NCBI GenBank assembly: GCA_963803705.1
Contig: CAWDNU010000001.1
Location: 480,001-544,000 of the forward strand
From: an uncultured Pseudobdellovibrionaceae bacterium
GTDB taxonomy: Bacteria > Bdellovibrionota > Bdellovibrionia > Bdellovibrionales > UBA1609
Length of the DNA: 64,000 nucleotides
Direction of reading: 5' to 3'
Shown here: positions 19,145 through 30,110 of the stretch, one piece after another
Layout of the letters: each line of letters starts with the position of its first letter
Position numbering within the stretch: the stretch's first letter is position 1
The notes under the pieces: generated by a model
Database searches by the model: none
What the model was told of the DNA's origin: nothing
The model's input: only the letters and a program-made list of their open reading frames with translations
Program-made: the position numbers and the translations under genes

Positions 19145-20686
19145 TTAGTTTCTTCTAGGTCTTCTAGTATGGTTTGGTTCAAAGCCTTGCAAGTTAAGAC
19201 CTTGCGGTCGTTCTCCAATTCCAGATCCCCAGGCAATTCCAGCCGATGAAGGCGCGGTGCGAAGGTTTCCACCTAATACCTGCCCCGTTCCTAAGGGATC
19301 GCGGTACGGCTGACTTGCCATCGGATTATTGTCTAAACTATTGTTGTTTGCGCCACCTAAAAAAGCATTATCGCTAAATCTTGGAGTGTATCCATTCAGT
19401 GGGTTTGGGTTTGAAACGCTTGGAGTCACGGTGGTTGAAGACTGGGTGAGCATATTGGACTGTTCTCCGGAAAGAAGTTTGCTGGCTTCAGTGGCCCAGA
19501 ACTCAGTTGCCTGATCGATGCTTGTATTGAGCTGTTGTAAGCCCGTGGCATCTTGTGAAAGCGCTGGATCTTTAGCTGCCGTGTCCTTACTTTGAGCGTT
19601 GATATTTCCAAGCTGCTGCACCAAGTCCGTTCGAGCTTGTGATAATTGTGTCTGTAAGGTGGTGTCAGCCGGATTCAATGCCAGGCTCTTTTCCAAATTT
19701 TGTATTCTAGGTATTAAAGTGTTTATAACAAGTGCTGACTGTCCATGAGTTTGCGCTGAGTAATAAAATCCATTTTTATTTTCAGTGATTTGATCCCCAG
19801 TACTTGATTGGACGTAATACTCATTAGCAATCTGCTGAACATCCTGGGTCGGCTCTTCAATATTCTCTAATAGGCTATCTTGATATTTACCCGCAATATG
19901 CTTTTCAAAATAGGCTTTTTTTTCTGCGTCGGTCTCTTCGGCATTCATTTTTCTTAAATGACATTCAGCAATTTGTTTTAAATCCTCTGGATTTTTTTCA
20001 TCTAAAAAAATTGAATTTGTTGGTTCTGTAGATTCGTCATCTAGGTCAATATCGATTTTAGCTATGTCGATATCTAGCAAATCATACTTGGAGCTGCTTG
20101 CACTAGAAGATGAAGTAGTTTCAAAATCTACCAGTAAGCCTAGGTCGATTAAATGAACTGCAAATTCATAGTAAGCCATTCTATAGGCTTGGTTATTACC
20201 TTCAGTGTCATCTGCCCTTACATCACTTCTTTTGTCCTTTAAATTTTTATATAAATCAGATGTTCGTTCCTTGTCTTCAGTTCTAACTTCACACTGGGTT
20301 AGTTTCAGCTTATAAGATCTTATAGCCTCTTGTATGCTTTTTTCAGGCGGTAGGTTCTCAGGAATTAAAGCTGTATAATCGACCTCGTCTAGATCTTCGT
20401 TAGAATTAGTTGTAGGTCGTTTGGTGATTCGAACCATTGAAGTACTCTCGTCACTGTCATAATCTTCTTCAATTGAAAGCTCTTCAGTTTCATTGATCAG
20501 CTCTCTCATTCCTAGTGGTAGACTGCTGTAACTTTGTCCAGCTTCGCTGTCTTGAGCAAGTTTTCTGTTCACGTTGTTTTTAATATCTTGGTTCAAAAAG
20601 AATGAAACTTGAAACACAGCTACAAATAAAATAAGTGCTATTTTGAGCAATGTCTTTAGGTTATCAAACAGCTTGATCTTTTTCAT
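19145..20686 (-). CDS. Acidic membrane-anchored or secreted hypothetical protein
   Basis: Long ORF with N-terminal TM and low-complexity tail; start moved to ATG 20686 with GGGGGA RBS. Confidence 0.8.
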   Translation of the reverse strand: MKKIKLFDNLKTLLKIALILFVAVFQVSFFLNQDIKNNVNRKLAQDSEAGQSYSSLPLGMRELINETEELSIEEDYDSDESTSMVRITKRPTTNSNEDLDEVDYTALIPENLPPEKSIQEAIRSYKLKLTQCEVRTEDKERTSDLYKNLKDKRSDVRADDTEGNNQAYRMAYYEFAVHLIDLGLLVDFETTSSSSASSSKYDLLDIDIAKIDIDLDDESTEPTNSIFLDEKNPEDLKQIAECHLRKMNAEETDAEKKAYFEKHIAGKYQDSLLENIEEPTQDVQQIANEYYVQSSTGDQITENKNGFYYSAQTHGQSALVINTLIPRIQNLEKSLALNPADTTLQTQLSQARTDLVQQLGNINAQSKDTAAKDPALSQDATGLQQLNTSIDQATEFWATEASKLLSGEQSNMLTQSSTTVTPSVSNPNPLNGYTPRFSDNAFLGGANNNSLDNNPMASQPYRDPLGTGQVLGGNLRTAPSSAGIAWGSGIGERPQGLNLQGFEPNHTRRPRRN

Positions 20687-20724
20687 ACAGGTCCCCCAGA
20701 AATTAATTAGCATTGAATTTACAT

Positions 20725-20741
20725 TACAAAAACTCTGCCAA
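20725..20741 (-). promoter_or_regulatory. Sigma-54-like -24/-12 promoter
   Basis: TTGGCAGAGTTTTTGTA (GG-N10-GT, one mismatch to GC) about 40 bp upstream of the start. Confidence 0.4.
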
Positions 20742-20931
20742 CTCTTTGGTCATTTAAAACGAATTAGCAACATTGTACTGTCAACGGACTAGACAGCTGC
20801 AAAGACACTATTTTTCATTAGGGGGGGTATAAAGTTGAAAAATTTCAGGATTCATCGGGTCTAGGTGTATAAAGTGGTATAATTGAACCATATTGATACA
20901 GGGGAACTAACACCGATATGTAAAAGCACTA

Positions 20932-20964
20932 TTAAAACCTAGATGAATCTTCCACAGGCCCTAG
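20932..20964 (-). repeat. Dispersed repeat, solo MITE-like end
   Basis: 32 bp identical in reverse complement to 58950-58981. Confidence 0.85.
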
Positions 20965-21047
20965 TAGACACTGAATTATTGAGCCACAGGCTAGATTAAC
21001 AAAGTTTTAAAATTGCCAAAACTTTGCAAGTCTCATAAGACTGCATT

Positions 21048-22244
21048 ATGCCATTTAACTTTCCAAAAATTAGTCTTAATTCAGGTGTAGATCCTAGTGA
21101 CTGGCTGAACTGGACTTGGCAGCTTAAAAACACCATCAAAACTAAAGAACAGCTTGAAAGTGTGATCGAACTTTTGCCCCATGAGATAGACTTTTTTAAA
21201 TCTCACAAAGTTTCTGATTTTAAATTTCAAGTGACGCCTTATAGTTTACAGGTCTTAAAGCAGCTAGATGGCACTCGCAGTTTAAGAAAGATACTATTAG
21301 GGGATTTCTCTGAGTACTCAGTACAAAAACAAGCTCAGTTAGATCCGTTAAACGAAAAGAGCAATAATCCAGTCCCAAGAGTCATTCATAGGTACTCTGA
21401 CAGAGCTCTTTTTTTAGTTACAGATTATTGTAGTGTTTATTGTAGGTATTGTACTAGAAAATATTTTACGGCTAAGGATCAAGTCTTTCCCTCTAGGTCA
21501 GAGTACGATCAAGCTATAAATTATTTTAAATCCCACCCTGGAATCAAAGAAGTTATACTTTCAGGTGGGGACCCACTAACTTTGTCAGACTCTAGGTTGA
21601 TAAAAGTTATTTCGGACTTGCGGTCCATACCACATGTAGAAATCATTAGGATAGGCACTCGAATACCTGTAGTTCTGCCCATGAGGGTCACCGAAAAACT
21701 CGTTCAGCAGCTAAAGGGTTTTCATCCCATCTATATAATGACTCATTTTAATCACCCGGATGAATTGACTAAGGAAGCTGCAAGTTCCTTAAGTCTATTT
21801 GTAGATAATGGTTTTCCAGTGTTTAACCAGATGGTTTTTCTAAATGGGGTAAATAACGACGCTGCTTTAGTGCAAGCTCTAAACAGAAGGCTATTATACC
21901 TAAGGGTTAAGCCCTACTATATGTTTCAGTGCGATCCGTCTCATGGAACCGATCATCTGCGTACATCTGTTCAGGATTCCTTAGAAATTCAAAAACAGCT
22001 GTGGGGACACATGTCAGGCCTTTCTATGCCAAATCTTTCAGTGGATATACCTAGCGGGGGTGGCAAGGCTAACTTAGTTCCCAACTTCATAAAAGAAACG
22101 TGTAGATCGAGTTTTTTATTTGAAGGTTGGGACGGCGTCAAAGAAAAGTATATTAATCCCGATCCAATTCATTCGAAAAAGCCCTTAGTGAATCCAGCAT
22201 ACCTACAAGAATGGAACGAAATAAAAAACTCCAAGTCGGTTTAG
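21048..22244 (+). CDS. kamA: KamA family radical SAM enzyme (lysine 2,3-aminomutase-like)
   Basis: DWLNWTWQ, CSVYCRYCTR, SGGDPL, THFNHP, GGGK PLP lysine. Confidence 0.85.
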   Translation: MPFNFPKISLNSGVDPSDWLNWTWQLKNTIKTKEQLESVIELLPHEIDFFKSHKVSDFKFQVTPYSLQVLKQLDGTRSLRKILLGDFSEYSVQKQAQLDPLNEKSNNPVPRVIHRYSDRALFLVTDYCSVYCRYCTRKYFTAKDQVFPSRSEYDQAINYFKSHPGIKEVILSGGDPLTLSDSRLIKVISDLRSIPHVEIIRIGTRIPVVLPMRVTEKLVQQLKGFHPIYIMTHFNHPDELTKEAASSLSLFVDNGFPVFNQMVFLNGVNNDAALVQALNRRLLYLRVKPYYMFQCDPSHGTDHLRTSVQDSLEIQKQLWGHMSGLSMPNLSVDIPSGGGKANLVPNFIKETCRSSFLFEGWDGVKEKYINPDPIHSKKPLVNPAYLQEWNEIKNSKSV

Positions 22245-22400
22245 GTGCCAGAACAAACATTATTTAGCGCAAAAGCACATGATTTGTTTTTTGTTTTTTA
22301 AGCCGCTTAGATTATAAGATGGCGTTCGCAAAAGCCCAGCTACGCTTTCAAAAAAAATTAAAAAAAAATTGGAATAGCTTTTACCAAATTCAAAAATCAC

Positions 22401-24248
22401 TTACTGTCTTTTTTTAGGTTTCAAGATTATTTTTTTAGTTTCATTGCTCTTTAAAACGATAATCTTCTGATCGTATTTTCTTGTTATCTTATTGACTGCT
22501 TTTATCCGTATTTTCCTATCGGCAGGAAATTTGTAACCAACTATGGGCAAGCGATCAATAAGTTGAACTCCGTTTATATACACAATCGAATCTCTTGGTT
22601 GGACATCAATATCTAGGTAACCAACGCGAACTTTTGTAAGAGTCCCTTTAAAGTCTGAACTAGGATAGTTGGCCTGAATACGTCTTTGGTAGTCGATATA
22701 ATCCTGCTTCTTTAGTCCAAGCACAAAATCTTTGTCAGAAGGAATTTTTATTCGAGCTGGTGTAAGCTTGCCGCTACCTATTCCATTGATTATGACTTCC
22801 GCACCTTGCGGCGAGCTATTTACGGTAATATATTTTTCATTAATTCGATCATACAAGTTCTCTGGTAACTTCTCGTTCATAGAAGCCAGATCTTTTTCAC
22901 TTGTGCCACCTGGAAAAACTTGAGAAGCAATCAAAGCAAATCCAGCTGCTACTAAGAACATTATGATGTATTTGCTGTAATTTTGGAAATTTACAGAGTT
23001 ACTTCTGCGCATTTGGTGCTGGTAATTTCTACCTTGCGCAGAACGCCGATCACTTTGATTATTATTTCTTGTCTTAGGACGCTCTTTACTTACAGTAATG
23101 CTTTTTATATCAAACTGCGATTTATGGCTTGGTTCCAGGTCATCAAAAAAAGTGTTCTTTCCAGAACTATTTCCGAAGCTTGGCAACTCGTCGATGTCGA
23201 TGTCAGTTTTGGTTACTCCTACTACAGTCTTATCATCAGAATAACTGGCAGAGCTATTCGGCTGAAACTTTATATTTGAATACTCGATTAGTTTTTTTCG
23301 ATTCTGTAAAATTTCATCAGCGTACAAAGATTTTATAAAGATTGAAAAATCTTGAGATGAAAACTCTGGATACTCAATATTCAAAAATTTGTTTAAATCT
23401 TTTTGGAACTCAGCGCAGGTTTGATAACGATCTGTTGTGGATTTTGACAACGATTTGTTAACTATTTGCTCAAGCTCTTCAGGCACATTAGGATTCAATT
23501 TTCTAACTGAAGGAATTTTACCTTCTTTGATCTTTTTTAGAGTTCCAATTTCGCTTTCAGCCACGAACAGTCGCTCTTTTGCCAAGAGTTCCCATAGAAC
23601 AATCCCAAGCGAAAATATATCAGTTCTTAAATCTATTGTTTCACCAGTTGCTTGCTCCGGGGACATATACGCAAATTTGCCTTTTAATGTTCCGGCTTTA
23701 GTTGCCTCGCCTTGGCTTTCAGCTTTCGCAATGCCAAAATCAACAACCTTAACTTCACCTTCGAAGCTAACCATCACATTTTGAGGGCTCATATCCCTAT
23801 GGATAATATTTAGCGGCTTACCGGTAGTGCCGTCTAAGCACCTATGAGCATGGTCCAGACCAGAGGCCACATCTTTAACAATGTTGACGATCTGATCAAT
23901 AGAAAAGTAAACGTCAGATTCTTTTTGCATTCTTGTAAGAATCTGCCTTAAGTTTTTACCGTTTACATATTCCATAAGAATGTAGAACTGACCGCTTTCT
24001 ACCCCAAACTCATAAATTGGAACAATATTACTATGGGAAAGATTTACGTTAATTTTTGCTTCGTCCTTAAACATGCTGATAAAATCAGTGTTCGCAGAAT
24101 ACTGAGGTAAAATCCTTTTTATCGCGCTGAACTTTGAAATTCCACCAGCACCTGAACTTTTAGCCAAGAAAATCTCAGCCATACCACCCATAGCGATTCT
24201 TTCTAAAAGAATATGTTTTCCAAAGATTTCAAAATCTTTCTTAGCCAA
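22401..24248 (-). CDS. Hanks-type Ser/Thr protein kinase with TM and PEGA domains
   Basis: GGMAEIF, AIKR, HRDMSPQN, DFG, YMSPEQ; VNSSPQGAEVIING PEGA repeat; TTG start with AGGAG RBS. Confidence 0.93.
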   Translation of the reverse strand: MAKKDFEIFGKHILLERIAMGGMAEIFLAKSSGAGGISKFSAIKRILPQYSANTDFISMFKDEAKINVNLSHSNIVPIYEFGVESGQFYILMEYVNGKNLRQILTRMQKESDVYFSIDQIVNIVKDVASGLDHAHRCLDGTTGKPLNIIHRDMSPQNVMVSFEGEVKVVDFGIAKAESQGEATKAGTLKGKFAYMSPEQATGETIDLRTDIFSLGIVLWELLAKERLFVAESEIGTLKKIKEGKIPSVRKLNPNVPEELEQIVNKSLSKSTTDRYQTCAEFQKDLNKFLNIEYPEFSSQDFSIFIKSLYADEILQNRKKLIEYSNIKFQPNSSASYSDDKTVVGVTKTDIDIDELPSFGNSSGKNTFFDDLEPSHKSQFDIKSITVSKERPKTRNNNQSDRRSAQGRNYQHQMRRSNSVNFQNYSKYIIMFLVAAGFALIASQVFPGGTSEKDLASMNEKLPENLYDRINEKYITVNSSPQGAEVIINGIGSGKLTPARIKIPSDKDFVLGLKKQDYIDYQRRIQANYPSSDFKGTLTKVRVGYLDIDVQPRDSIVYINGVQLIDRLPIVGYKFPADRKIRIKAVNKITRKYDQKIIVLKSNETKKIILKPKKRQ

Positions 24249-24340
24249 TTGGGTACTCCTTCTGCATTAAGTTTTTCGGCGCCAAGGCCCATTGTCTTAA
24301 CTGGACTTTAGATTAGCTATGGGGATATCCTAAGTAATAT

Positions 24341-24955
24341 ATGAAGTGGATCGGACTAACAGGTTGCATGGGGTGTGGTAAATCTACCGTAGCTAGACTA
24401 CTAAAAGACGAGCATCAACTTGATGTTATTTCAGCTGATGATACGGCTATCTTTTTGCTAAAAGCTGATAAAGACCTTCAGGCCTTCATTTCAGATAAAC
24501 TTGGTATCGATGCACCTTTAGAAGAACCTGAAGCCTGGGCTGATCAAGATTTTAGTAGATATCGTTCTGAAATCTCGGCAAAAGTTTTTAGCAGTTCGAA
24601 GCTACTCAAAGAGTATGAAAGTTTTTTTCATCCAAGGATTAAAAACAAGGTAAAGCAGTTGAAGCTTGATCTAAGTAAAAATAGTTTAAATATATTCTAT
24701 GATGTTCCTTTGTTATTTGAGAAAAATATGCAATCAGATTTTGATTATGTGCTTGGGGTTTTTGCTGAAGAAGGCATCCAGTATGAGCGGATAAAGGAAA
24801 GAAATGGTTGGACAAGGGATCAGGTAAAAAGTCGTTTAAAGTACCAAATTTCTAATTCTGAAAAAATAAAAAAATGTGATTATGTTATATATAACAACCA
24901 GAGTTTAGAAAAGCTTAAGGATGAAGTGAAAAAGTTTGTTAAAGTACTGACCTAA
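24341..24955 (+). CDS. coaE: Dephospho-CoA kinase
   Basis: IGLTGCMGCGKST, SAD, HP, DVPLLFE. Confidence 0.92.
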   Translation: MKWIGLTGCMGCGKSTVARLLKDEHQLDVISADDTAIFLLKADKDLQAFISDKLGIDAPLEEPEAWADQDFSRYRSEISAKVFSSSKLLKEYESFFHPRIKNKVKQLKLDLSKNSLNIFYDVPLLFEKNMQSDFDYVLGVFAEEGIQYERIKERNGWTRDQVKSRLKYQISNSEKIKKCDYVIYNNQSLEKLKDEVKKFVKVLT

Positions 24956-25031
24956 TTTTGAGTAAGGTTTAGTTATAAAATTAGCCCTTTCTTAAACTTT
25001 TGCGAAGGTTTTCAAAAGCTTATTTAGTTCA

Positions 25032-25047
25032 CTTCCACAGGCCCTAG
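25032..25047 (-). repeat. Short copy of the dispersed repeat end
   Basis: CTTCCACAGGCCCTAG identical to 20949-20964. Confidence 0.7.
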
Positions 25048-25071
25048 CTTTGAACGACAAATTTACTCAGG

Positions 25072-25818
25072 TTACCAAGGTAAGTGTGAATGGTCGTAAC
25101 TTAGAAAAGAGCCTTGATCAGAATCTTTTAAATTTTCAAATACATTTAGCAAATTTTTAGCTGTTTCATCCGGACTATGAATTTTATATTTCTTAGAAGC
25201 TAAGGATTTAAAGGGTTCTGAAAGCCTAGTATCTGTTGTGCCTGGATGTATAGCCACCACATATTTTTTGGGTCCTAAGCGCTTAAATTCTAAGCTTAAG
25301 TTTTGTATGAACATGTTTAAAGCTGTCTTTGAGGCTCGATAAGAGTACCAGCCCCCCAGAGAGTTATCAGTTATGCTGCCAACTTTTGCGGAAATTGCAG
25401 CAAAAACGGCGTACTCTTTATGTCTAAAAAAATCCTTTAAATACTTTGCGAACATGATAGTGGGAAAACTGTTCACCAAAAAGCTTTGTTTCAAATTTTC
25501 TAATTCAATATCTTCGACTTTTTTTTCGGCTTTAAGGCCGTCGATCTCTAGGGCGCCTATACAGTTAATAAACCTGTGGACTTCAGTTACATCGTTAGCA
25601 GCCAATTGATCCTGCAATGATTTGTAGCCTGACTCTTTATCGATATCGACTTCAACCCAATTGACCTTATCACCAAATTCAGTGGATAGAGTCTTCATAT
25701 CATTATTCACCGAATTCCTGTAAGTTCCATAGATGGTGACAGATTTATCCTTCAATAAATAATTTCTACATAAGGCTAGCCCTATACCTTGACTTGCTCC
25801 AGCGATAACTACGTTCAT
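25072..25818 (-). CDS. Short-chain dehydrogenase, CsgA/C-factor-like
   Basis: GASQGIG, SAKVGSI, GGWYSYRASK, HPGTTDT. Confidence 0.9.
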   Translation of the reverse strand: MNVVIAGASQGIGLALCRNYLLKDKSVTIYGTYRNSVNNDMKTLSTEFGDKVNWVEVDIDKESGYKSLQDQLAANDVTEVHRFINCIGALEIDGLKAEKKVEDIELENLKQSFLVNSFPTIMFAKYLKDFFRHKEYAVFAAISAKVGSITDNSLGGWYSYRASKTALNMFIQNLSLEFKRLGPKKYVVAIHPGTTDTRLSEPFKSLASKKYKIHSPDETAKNLLNVFENLKDSDQGSFLSYDHSHLPW

Positions 25819-25948
25819 TTTAACTCCTAAAAATGGATGATGCGATTGGCAATTTTAAATTTATCCAGAACTTCAATATACATTCAATACCAACTGACTG
25901 AAACTAAATTGGTTAAATCAATTAGTAAATCATTCAGGAGGACAGATT

Positions 25949-27865
25949 ATGATTCGTAATTTCAATACTAGTCTAAGTGTTTTTATATCAGCGCTCTCAG
26001 CTATGCTTATTTTTAGCTTTGGGTGTTCGACATCGTCGAAGTTAGCAGAAGGTGAAATTCCTTTGAAAAGTTTTTTTAAAAATCCAATTGCAGCTCAATT
26101 TCGTTTAAGTCCAAATGGTAAAAAAATTGCAGTTCTCAGGCCTTACAAAAACAGAATGAACATTTTTGTGTCTGAATTTGGAAAAAAAGACTGGAAACCA
26201 GTTACAAAGTTTGCTGATCGTGGGGTCAATATCCTTGGCTGGAAAGGCGAAGATGTAATTCTTTTTTCTAAGGATGCTGGTGGAGACGAAAACTTTCATG
26301 TGTTTTCAGCAAATTTAATCACTGGAGAACTAAAAGATTTAACGCCTAACGATAAGGAGAGAGCTTCAGTCGTTCATGATTTAGAAGATATCTCTGAAAC
26401 TAAAATTTACGTGGCGTCCAATCGAAGAGATAAAACAGTCTTCGATATTTATGAAGTCGACGTCTATAGCGGAAAGTCCAAAATGATTTTAGAAAACCCG
26501 GGAAACTACCTGGGTTGGGTGCTAGATCATAAAGCCGAAGTAAGAATCGCAGTATCCACTGACGGTGTCGATAAAACTTTTTACTACAGAAACACAAATG
26601 ATGATAAGTTTAAAAAAGTTAAGACTTACAATTTTAAGCAAGAAATGGCGCCTATTGAGTTTGACAAAGATAACAAATATGTTTTCGCAATAACTAATAT
26701 AGGGACGGATAAATCCCAACTTGTAAAAATGGACCCAAAGAATTTTAAAACAGTAGAAAAAATTTATTCAAATAAAGATTACGATGTTAGTGGAGCAAGT
26801 TACTCTGAAAAGTATAACGAGTTGATTTCTGCGGAGTACACAGACTGGAAATTTCAAAAAAAAGTTTTTAGTGACTACTATAAAAGAATTTTTAATGACT
26901 TAGAAAAAAAGATACCAAACAAAGAAATTTATTTGACCTCTTCGAATAAGGATGAGGATCTATTTACTGTCTATGCAGGAAGCGATCGAAGTCGTGGATT
27001 GTATTACACCTATAGTGCAAAAGATCAAAAGTTAGATTTTTTATTGAACCCAAGCCCTTGGTTAAAAGAAGAGCTATTGGCAGAAATGAAACCTATTAAA
27101 TACACCTCAAGAGACGGTCTAACAATTGAAGGTTATTTAACTATACCTACAGGGAAAGGTTCAGCCAAGGGATTACCTACGGTTGTGAATCCTCATGGTG
27201 GTCCATGGGCAAGGGACGTCTGGGGCTACAATGCTGAGGTCCAATTTTTAGCTAATCGAGGCTATGCTGTTTTACAAATGAATTTTCGTGGCTCGACTGG
27301 CTACGGTCGGAAGTTTTGGGAATCCTCATTTAAGAAGTGGGGCCAAACAATGCAAGACGATATTACTGATGGCGTGAAATGGGCCATCAAAGAAGGTGTG
27401 GCAGACGAAAAGAATATATGCATTTACGGAGGAAGTTATGGTGGATACGCCACCTTAGCAGGAGTCGTCTATACCCCTGACCTTTACAAATGTGGGGTAG
27501 ATTACGTCGGGGTATCAAATTTATTTACTTTCCAAGAGACAATCCCTGCATATTGGAAGCCTATGAAAAAAATGATTGAAGAGATGGTTGGCGATCCTGT
27601 TAAAGATAAAAAAATGCTAACAGAGTTTTCACCCGTGTTTCATGCCGACAAAATTAAAGCTGCATTGTTTGTAGCTCAAGGTGCAAATGACCCAAGAGTT
27701 AAAAAAGCTGAATCTGACCAAATTGTGAAAGCACTAAAAGATAAGGGTATTGATGTTCCGTATATGGTAAAAGACGATGAAGGCCATGGTTTTCATAATG
27801 AGGAAAACCGTTTTGATTTTTATGGTAAAATGGAAGCATTTCTAAGCAAACACATCAAAGAGTAA
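25949..27865 (+). CDS. S9 family (prolyl oligopeptidase-like) peptidase, lipoprotein
   Basis: Lipobox SFGC, HGGP, GGSYGG, DPRV, EGHGF. Confidence 0.93.
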   Translation: MIRNFNTSLSVFISALSAMLIFSFGCSTSSKLAEGEIPLKSFFKNPIAAQFRLSPNGKKIAVLRPYKNRMNIFVSEFGKKDWKPVTKFADRGVNILGWKGEDVILFSKDAGGDENFHVFSANLITGELKDLTPNDKERASVVHDLEDISETKIYVASNRRDKTVFDIYEVDVYSGKSKMILENPGNYLGWVLDHKAEVRIAVSTDGVDKTFYYRNTNDDKFKKVKTYNFKQEMAPIEFDKDNKYVFAITNIGTDKSQLVKMDPKNFKTVEKIYSNKDYDVSGASYSEKYNELISAEYTDWKFQKKVFSDYYKRIFNDLEKKIPNKEIYLTSSNKDEDLFTVYAGSDRSRGLYYTYSAKDQKLDFLLNPSPWLKEELLAEMKPIKYTSRDGLTIEGYLTIPTGKGSAKGLPTVVNPHGGPWARDVWGYNAEVQFLANRGYAVLQMNFRGSTGYGRKFWESSFKKWGQTMQDDITDGVKWAIKEGVADEKNICIYGGSYGGYATLAGVVYTPDLYKCGVDYVGVSNLFTFQETIPAYWKPMKKMIEEMVGDPVKDKKMLTEFSPVFHADKIKAALFVAQGANDPRVKKAESDQIVKALKDKGIDVPYMVKDDEGHGFHNEENRFDFYGKMEAFLSKHIKE

Positions 27866-27876
27866 TCAGGTTAAAT

Positions 27877-29880
27877 ATGGTGCACGGGGGATTTCTTACA
27901 GACATAGCGGTGGTTCTTGGAGTCGCTGCTATAACCTCGTACTTCGCCAAAAAATTTAAGCTTCCGTCCATTTTGGGGTACCTATTCGCGGGTTTCGTAA
28001 TTGGGCCATACATTCCTATTCCACTTTTTGCAGATTTAGAACGAGTCGAAACTCTATCGGAGTTCGGAGTTATTTTGGTAATGTTTGCTGTAGGTCTGGA
28101 ATTTAGGCTAAAGCGGCTTTTTCAAGTTTTACCAAACGCAGGATTTACAGCTTTCATAGAGATGAGCACCATGTTTCTTATAGGAACCTTGGTGGCAGAT
28201 TTATTTGGTTGGACTACAACCCAAGGAATCTTCTTGGGTTCCGCTATTTGTATCTCTAGCACGATGCTTGTCAGTAAGGTTTTTGAAGAGCAGCCGCCGC
28301 TTATAGAGGTGCGCAGGCAAATCTTTGGAATACTTATTATCCAAGATATCGCTGCTATTTTAATATTAGCCCTACTTGGAACTGTAGCAGCGGGCTACGG
28401 AACTGTTAGCCCAAAGCCAATAGATGTCTTAACTCAGCTTGTGGGGTTTTTAATTGCGATAGGTGTGGTTGGCTTATTTTTTATTCCCAAGTTTGTAAGA
28501 AAGGTTTCAAAACTAAAGAGCCAAGAAGCTATGATTGTAGTTTCCATGGGAATTTGTTTTGCGATGGCCCTTTTGGTAGAGCAGCTCGGTTACTCTGTTG
28601 CCCTGGGCTCTTTTTTAGCTGGTATGTTGGTATCTGAAAGTGGGCTTGGAAATAAGATTGAACATATAATTAGCCCAATCAAAGATATGTTTGCCGCGAT
28701 ATTCTTTGTATCTATCGGTATGCAGGTAAATCCAGGGGTGGCCGTTCAGTTTGTTGGTCCTATTCTATTAATTTCTTTTCTGGTTATTGTCTTTCAATTT
28801 ATTACAGTTAGTTTTTCGGGAGTTCTATCTGGTATGGGCTTATCAAACTCCATTAAATCTGGCTTGGGTTTAGGTCAGATTGGGGAATTTGGATTTATTA
28901 TTGCAGCTATCGGTGCGAAAGCAGGCTTAGTGCAGGATTACTTTCAAACTATTGTAGTTTCAGTTGCTATAGTCACGGCATTTACAACACCGATTATTTG
29001 GAAATCCAGACAGAGCGTCCTGAAAACCGTCGACAGGCTTCTGCCAAAGCAAATAGATGTACTGATTAATCTTTATGAAGCCTGGTTTAGTAAGCTAAAA
29101 AAGCAAGCCTTCAACGAGGTAAACTTGCCTCGAAGAATTTTATTCGCAGTCTTCATCGATGTAATTTTACTGGTAGCTTTCCCACCTCTTTTATTAGCAG
29201 TTTTACCCAAGATAAAAAAAGCATTACTGAATTTAGAGCTGTCATATGGGGCTGTACAGGTCGTTATTGCATCGACATTTGTTGCTATTTTTATTCCAAT
29301 TGTTTTTAGCTTGATTTCTAACATAGGAAAATTGTTATCTGGCTTTGTAGACCAAATTTTCAAGTGGGATGACACAACTAATTCTACAACTTCATTTAAA
29401 GCTTCTAAGCTTTTCAAGATGGCAGTGCAAATACTTGTACTTTATGTAATTTGGATCCCACTGATGATCAGTGTCCGCACTTTTGTAAGTAATAATTTGA
29501 TATATTACATCATTTTAACGCTGGGTCTGCTTCTAACATTTGTCCTAATCTACAGATCAGAGTCTGAAAGTAGTAATATCCTAAGTGGCGGAGAAAGAAT
29601 ATTAGGTGCTTTGTCTAGGCAGTCCTTTCCCGATAGCGACGAGCTTGAAACTTTGGGTCTAGATCTGATTAGTGTTAGAATCACAAATACTGATGTGATC
29701 GATAAAACTCTTTTAGATATTAATCTAAGAGCTAAAACTGGTTGCAGTGTTGTTTCAATCAAAAGGGGAAACAATAGAACTTTATTTCCTAGGCCAACTG
29801 ACACATTGCAGTTAAATGATCTTATACAGCTTTCTGGAGACGATAGATCAATTACTGAAGCTAAAAAGTTGCTGATTTGA
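27877..29880 (+). CDS. CPA2 cation:proton antiporter with C-terminal RCK-C (TrkA-C) domain
   Basis: GLEF, ISST, IQD, QIGEFGF; C-terminal LRAKTGCSVVSIKR. Confidence 0.9.
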   Translation: MVHGGFLTDIAVVLGVAAITSYFAKKFKLPSILGYLFAGFVIGPYIPIPLFADLERVETLSEFGVILVMFAVGLEFRLKRLFQVLPNAGFTAFIEMSTMFLIGTLVADLFGWTTTQGIFLGSAICISSTMLVSKVFEEQPPLIEVRRQIFGILIIQDIAAILILALLGTVAAGYGTVSPKPIDVLTQLVGFLIAIGVVGLFFIPKFVRKVSKLKSQEAMIVVSMGICFAMALLVEQLGYSVALGSFLAGMLVSESGLGNKIEHIISPIKDMFAAIFFVSIGMQVNPGVAVQFVGPILLISFLVIVFQFITVSFSGVLSGMGLSNSIKSGLGLGQIGEFGFIIAAIGAKAGLVQDYFQTIVVSVAIVTAFTTPIIWKSRQSVLKTVDRLLPKQIDVLINLYEAWFSKLKKQAFNEVNLPRRILFAVFIDVILLVAFPPLLLAVLPKIKKALLNLELSYGAVQVVIASTFVAIFIPIVFSLISNIGKLLSGFVDQIFKWDDTTNSTTSFKASKLFKMAVQILVLYVIWIPLMISVRTFVSNNLIYYIILTLGLLLTFVLIYRSESESSNILSGGERILGALSRQSFPDSDELETLGLDLISVRITNTDVIDKTLLDINLRAKTGCSVVSIKRGNNRTLFPRPTDTLQLNDLIQLSGDDRSITEAKKLLI

Positions 29881-29960
29881 AAGATCGATTTTTAAATTTG
29901 ATGCATAGAACCATAAAGATAAAAATACTTTATACTTGAAATCAAAATCACCAAGATTTT

Positions 29961-29977
29961 TGTTACAGTTATGTTAG
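29961..29977 (+). promoter_or_regulatory. Candidate Pho-box-like 11-bp direct repeat
   Basis: TGTTACAGTTA-TGTTAG, TGTTA at 29961 and 29972. Confidence 0.3.
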
Positions 29978-30110
29978 CGATTTGAACTTACATCAAGAAA
30001 TAGTTAAGATTCTGTTGCTGACTTTATCCTGACATGACTCGAAACAAGATTCGATCATAATTTCCCCAAACAAGAAAAGTGAATTTAAATATTTCTGGGG
30101 GGAAATAACA

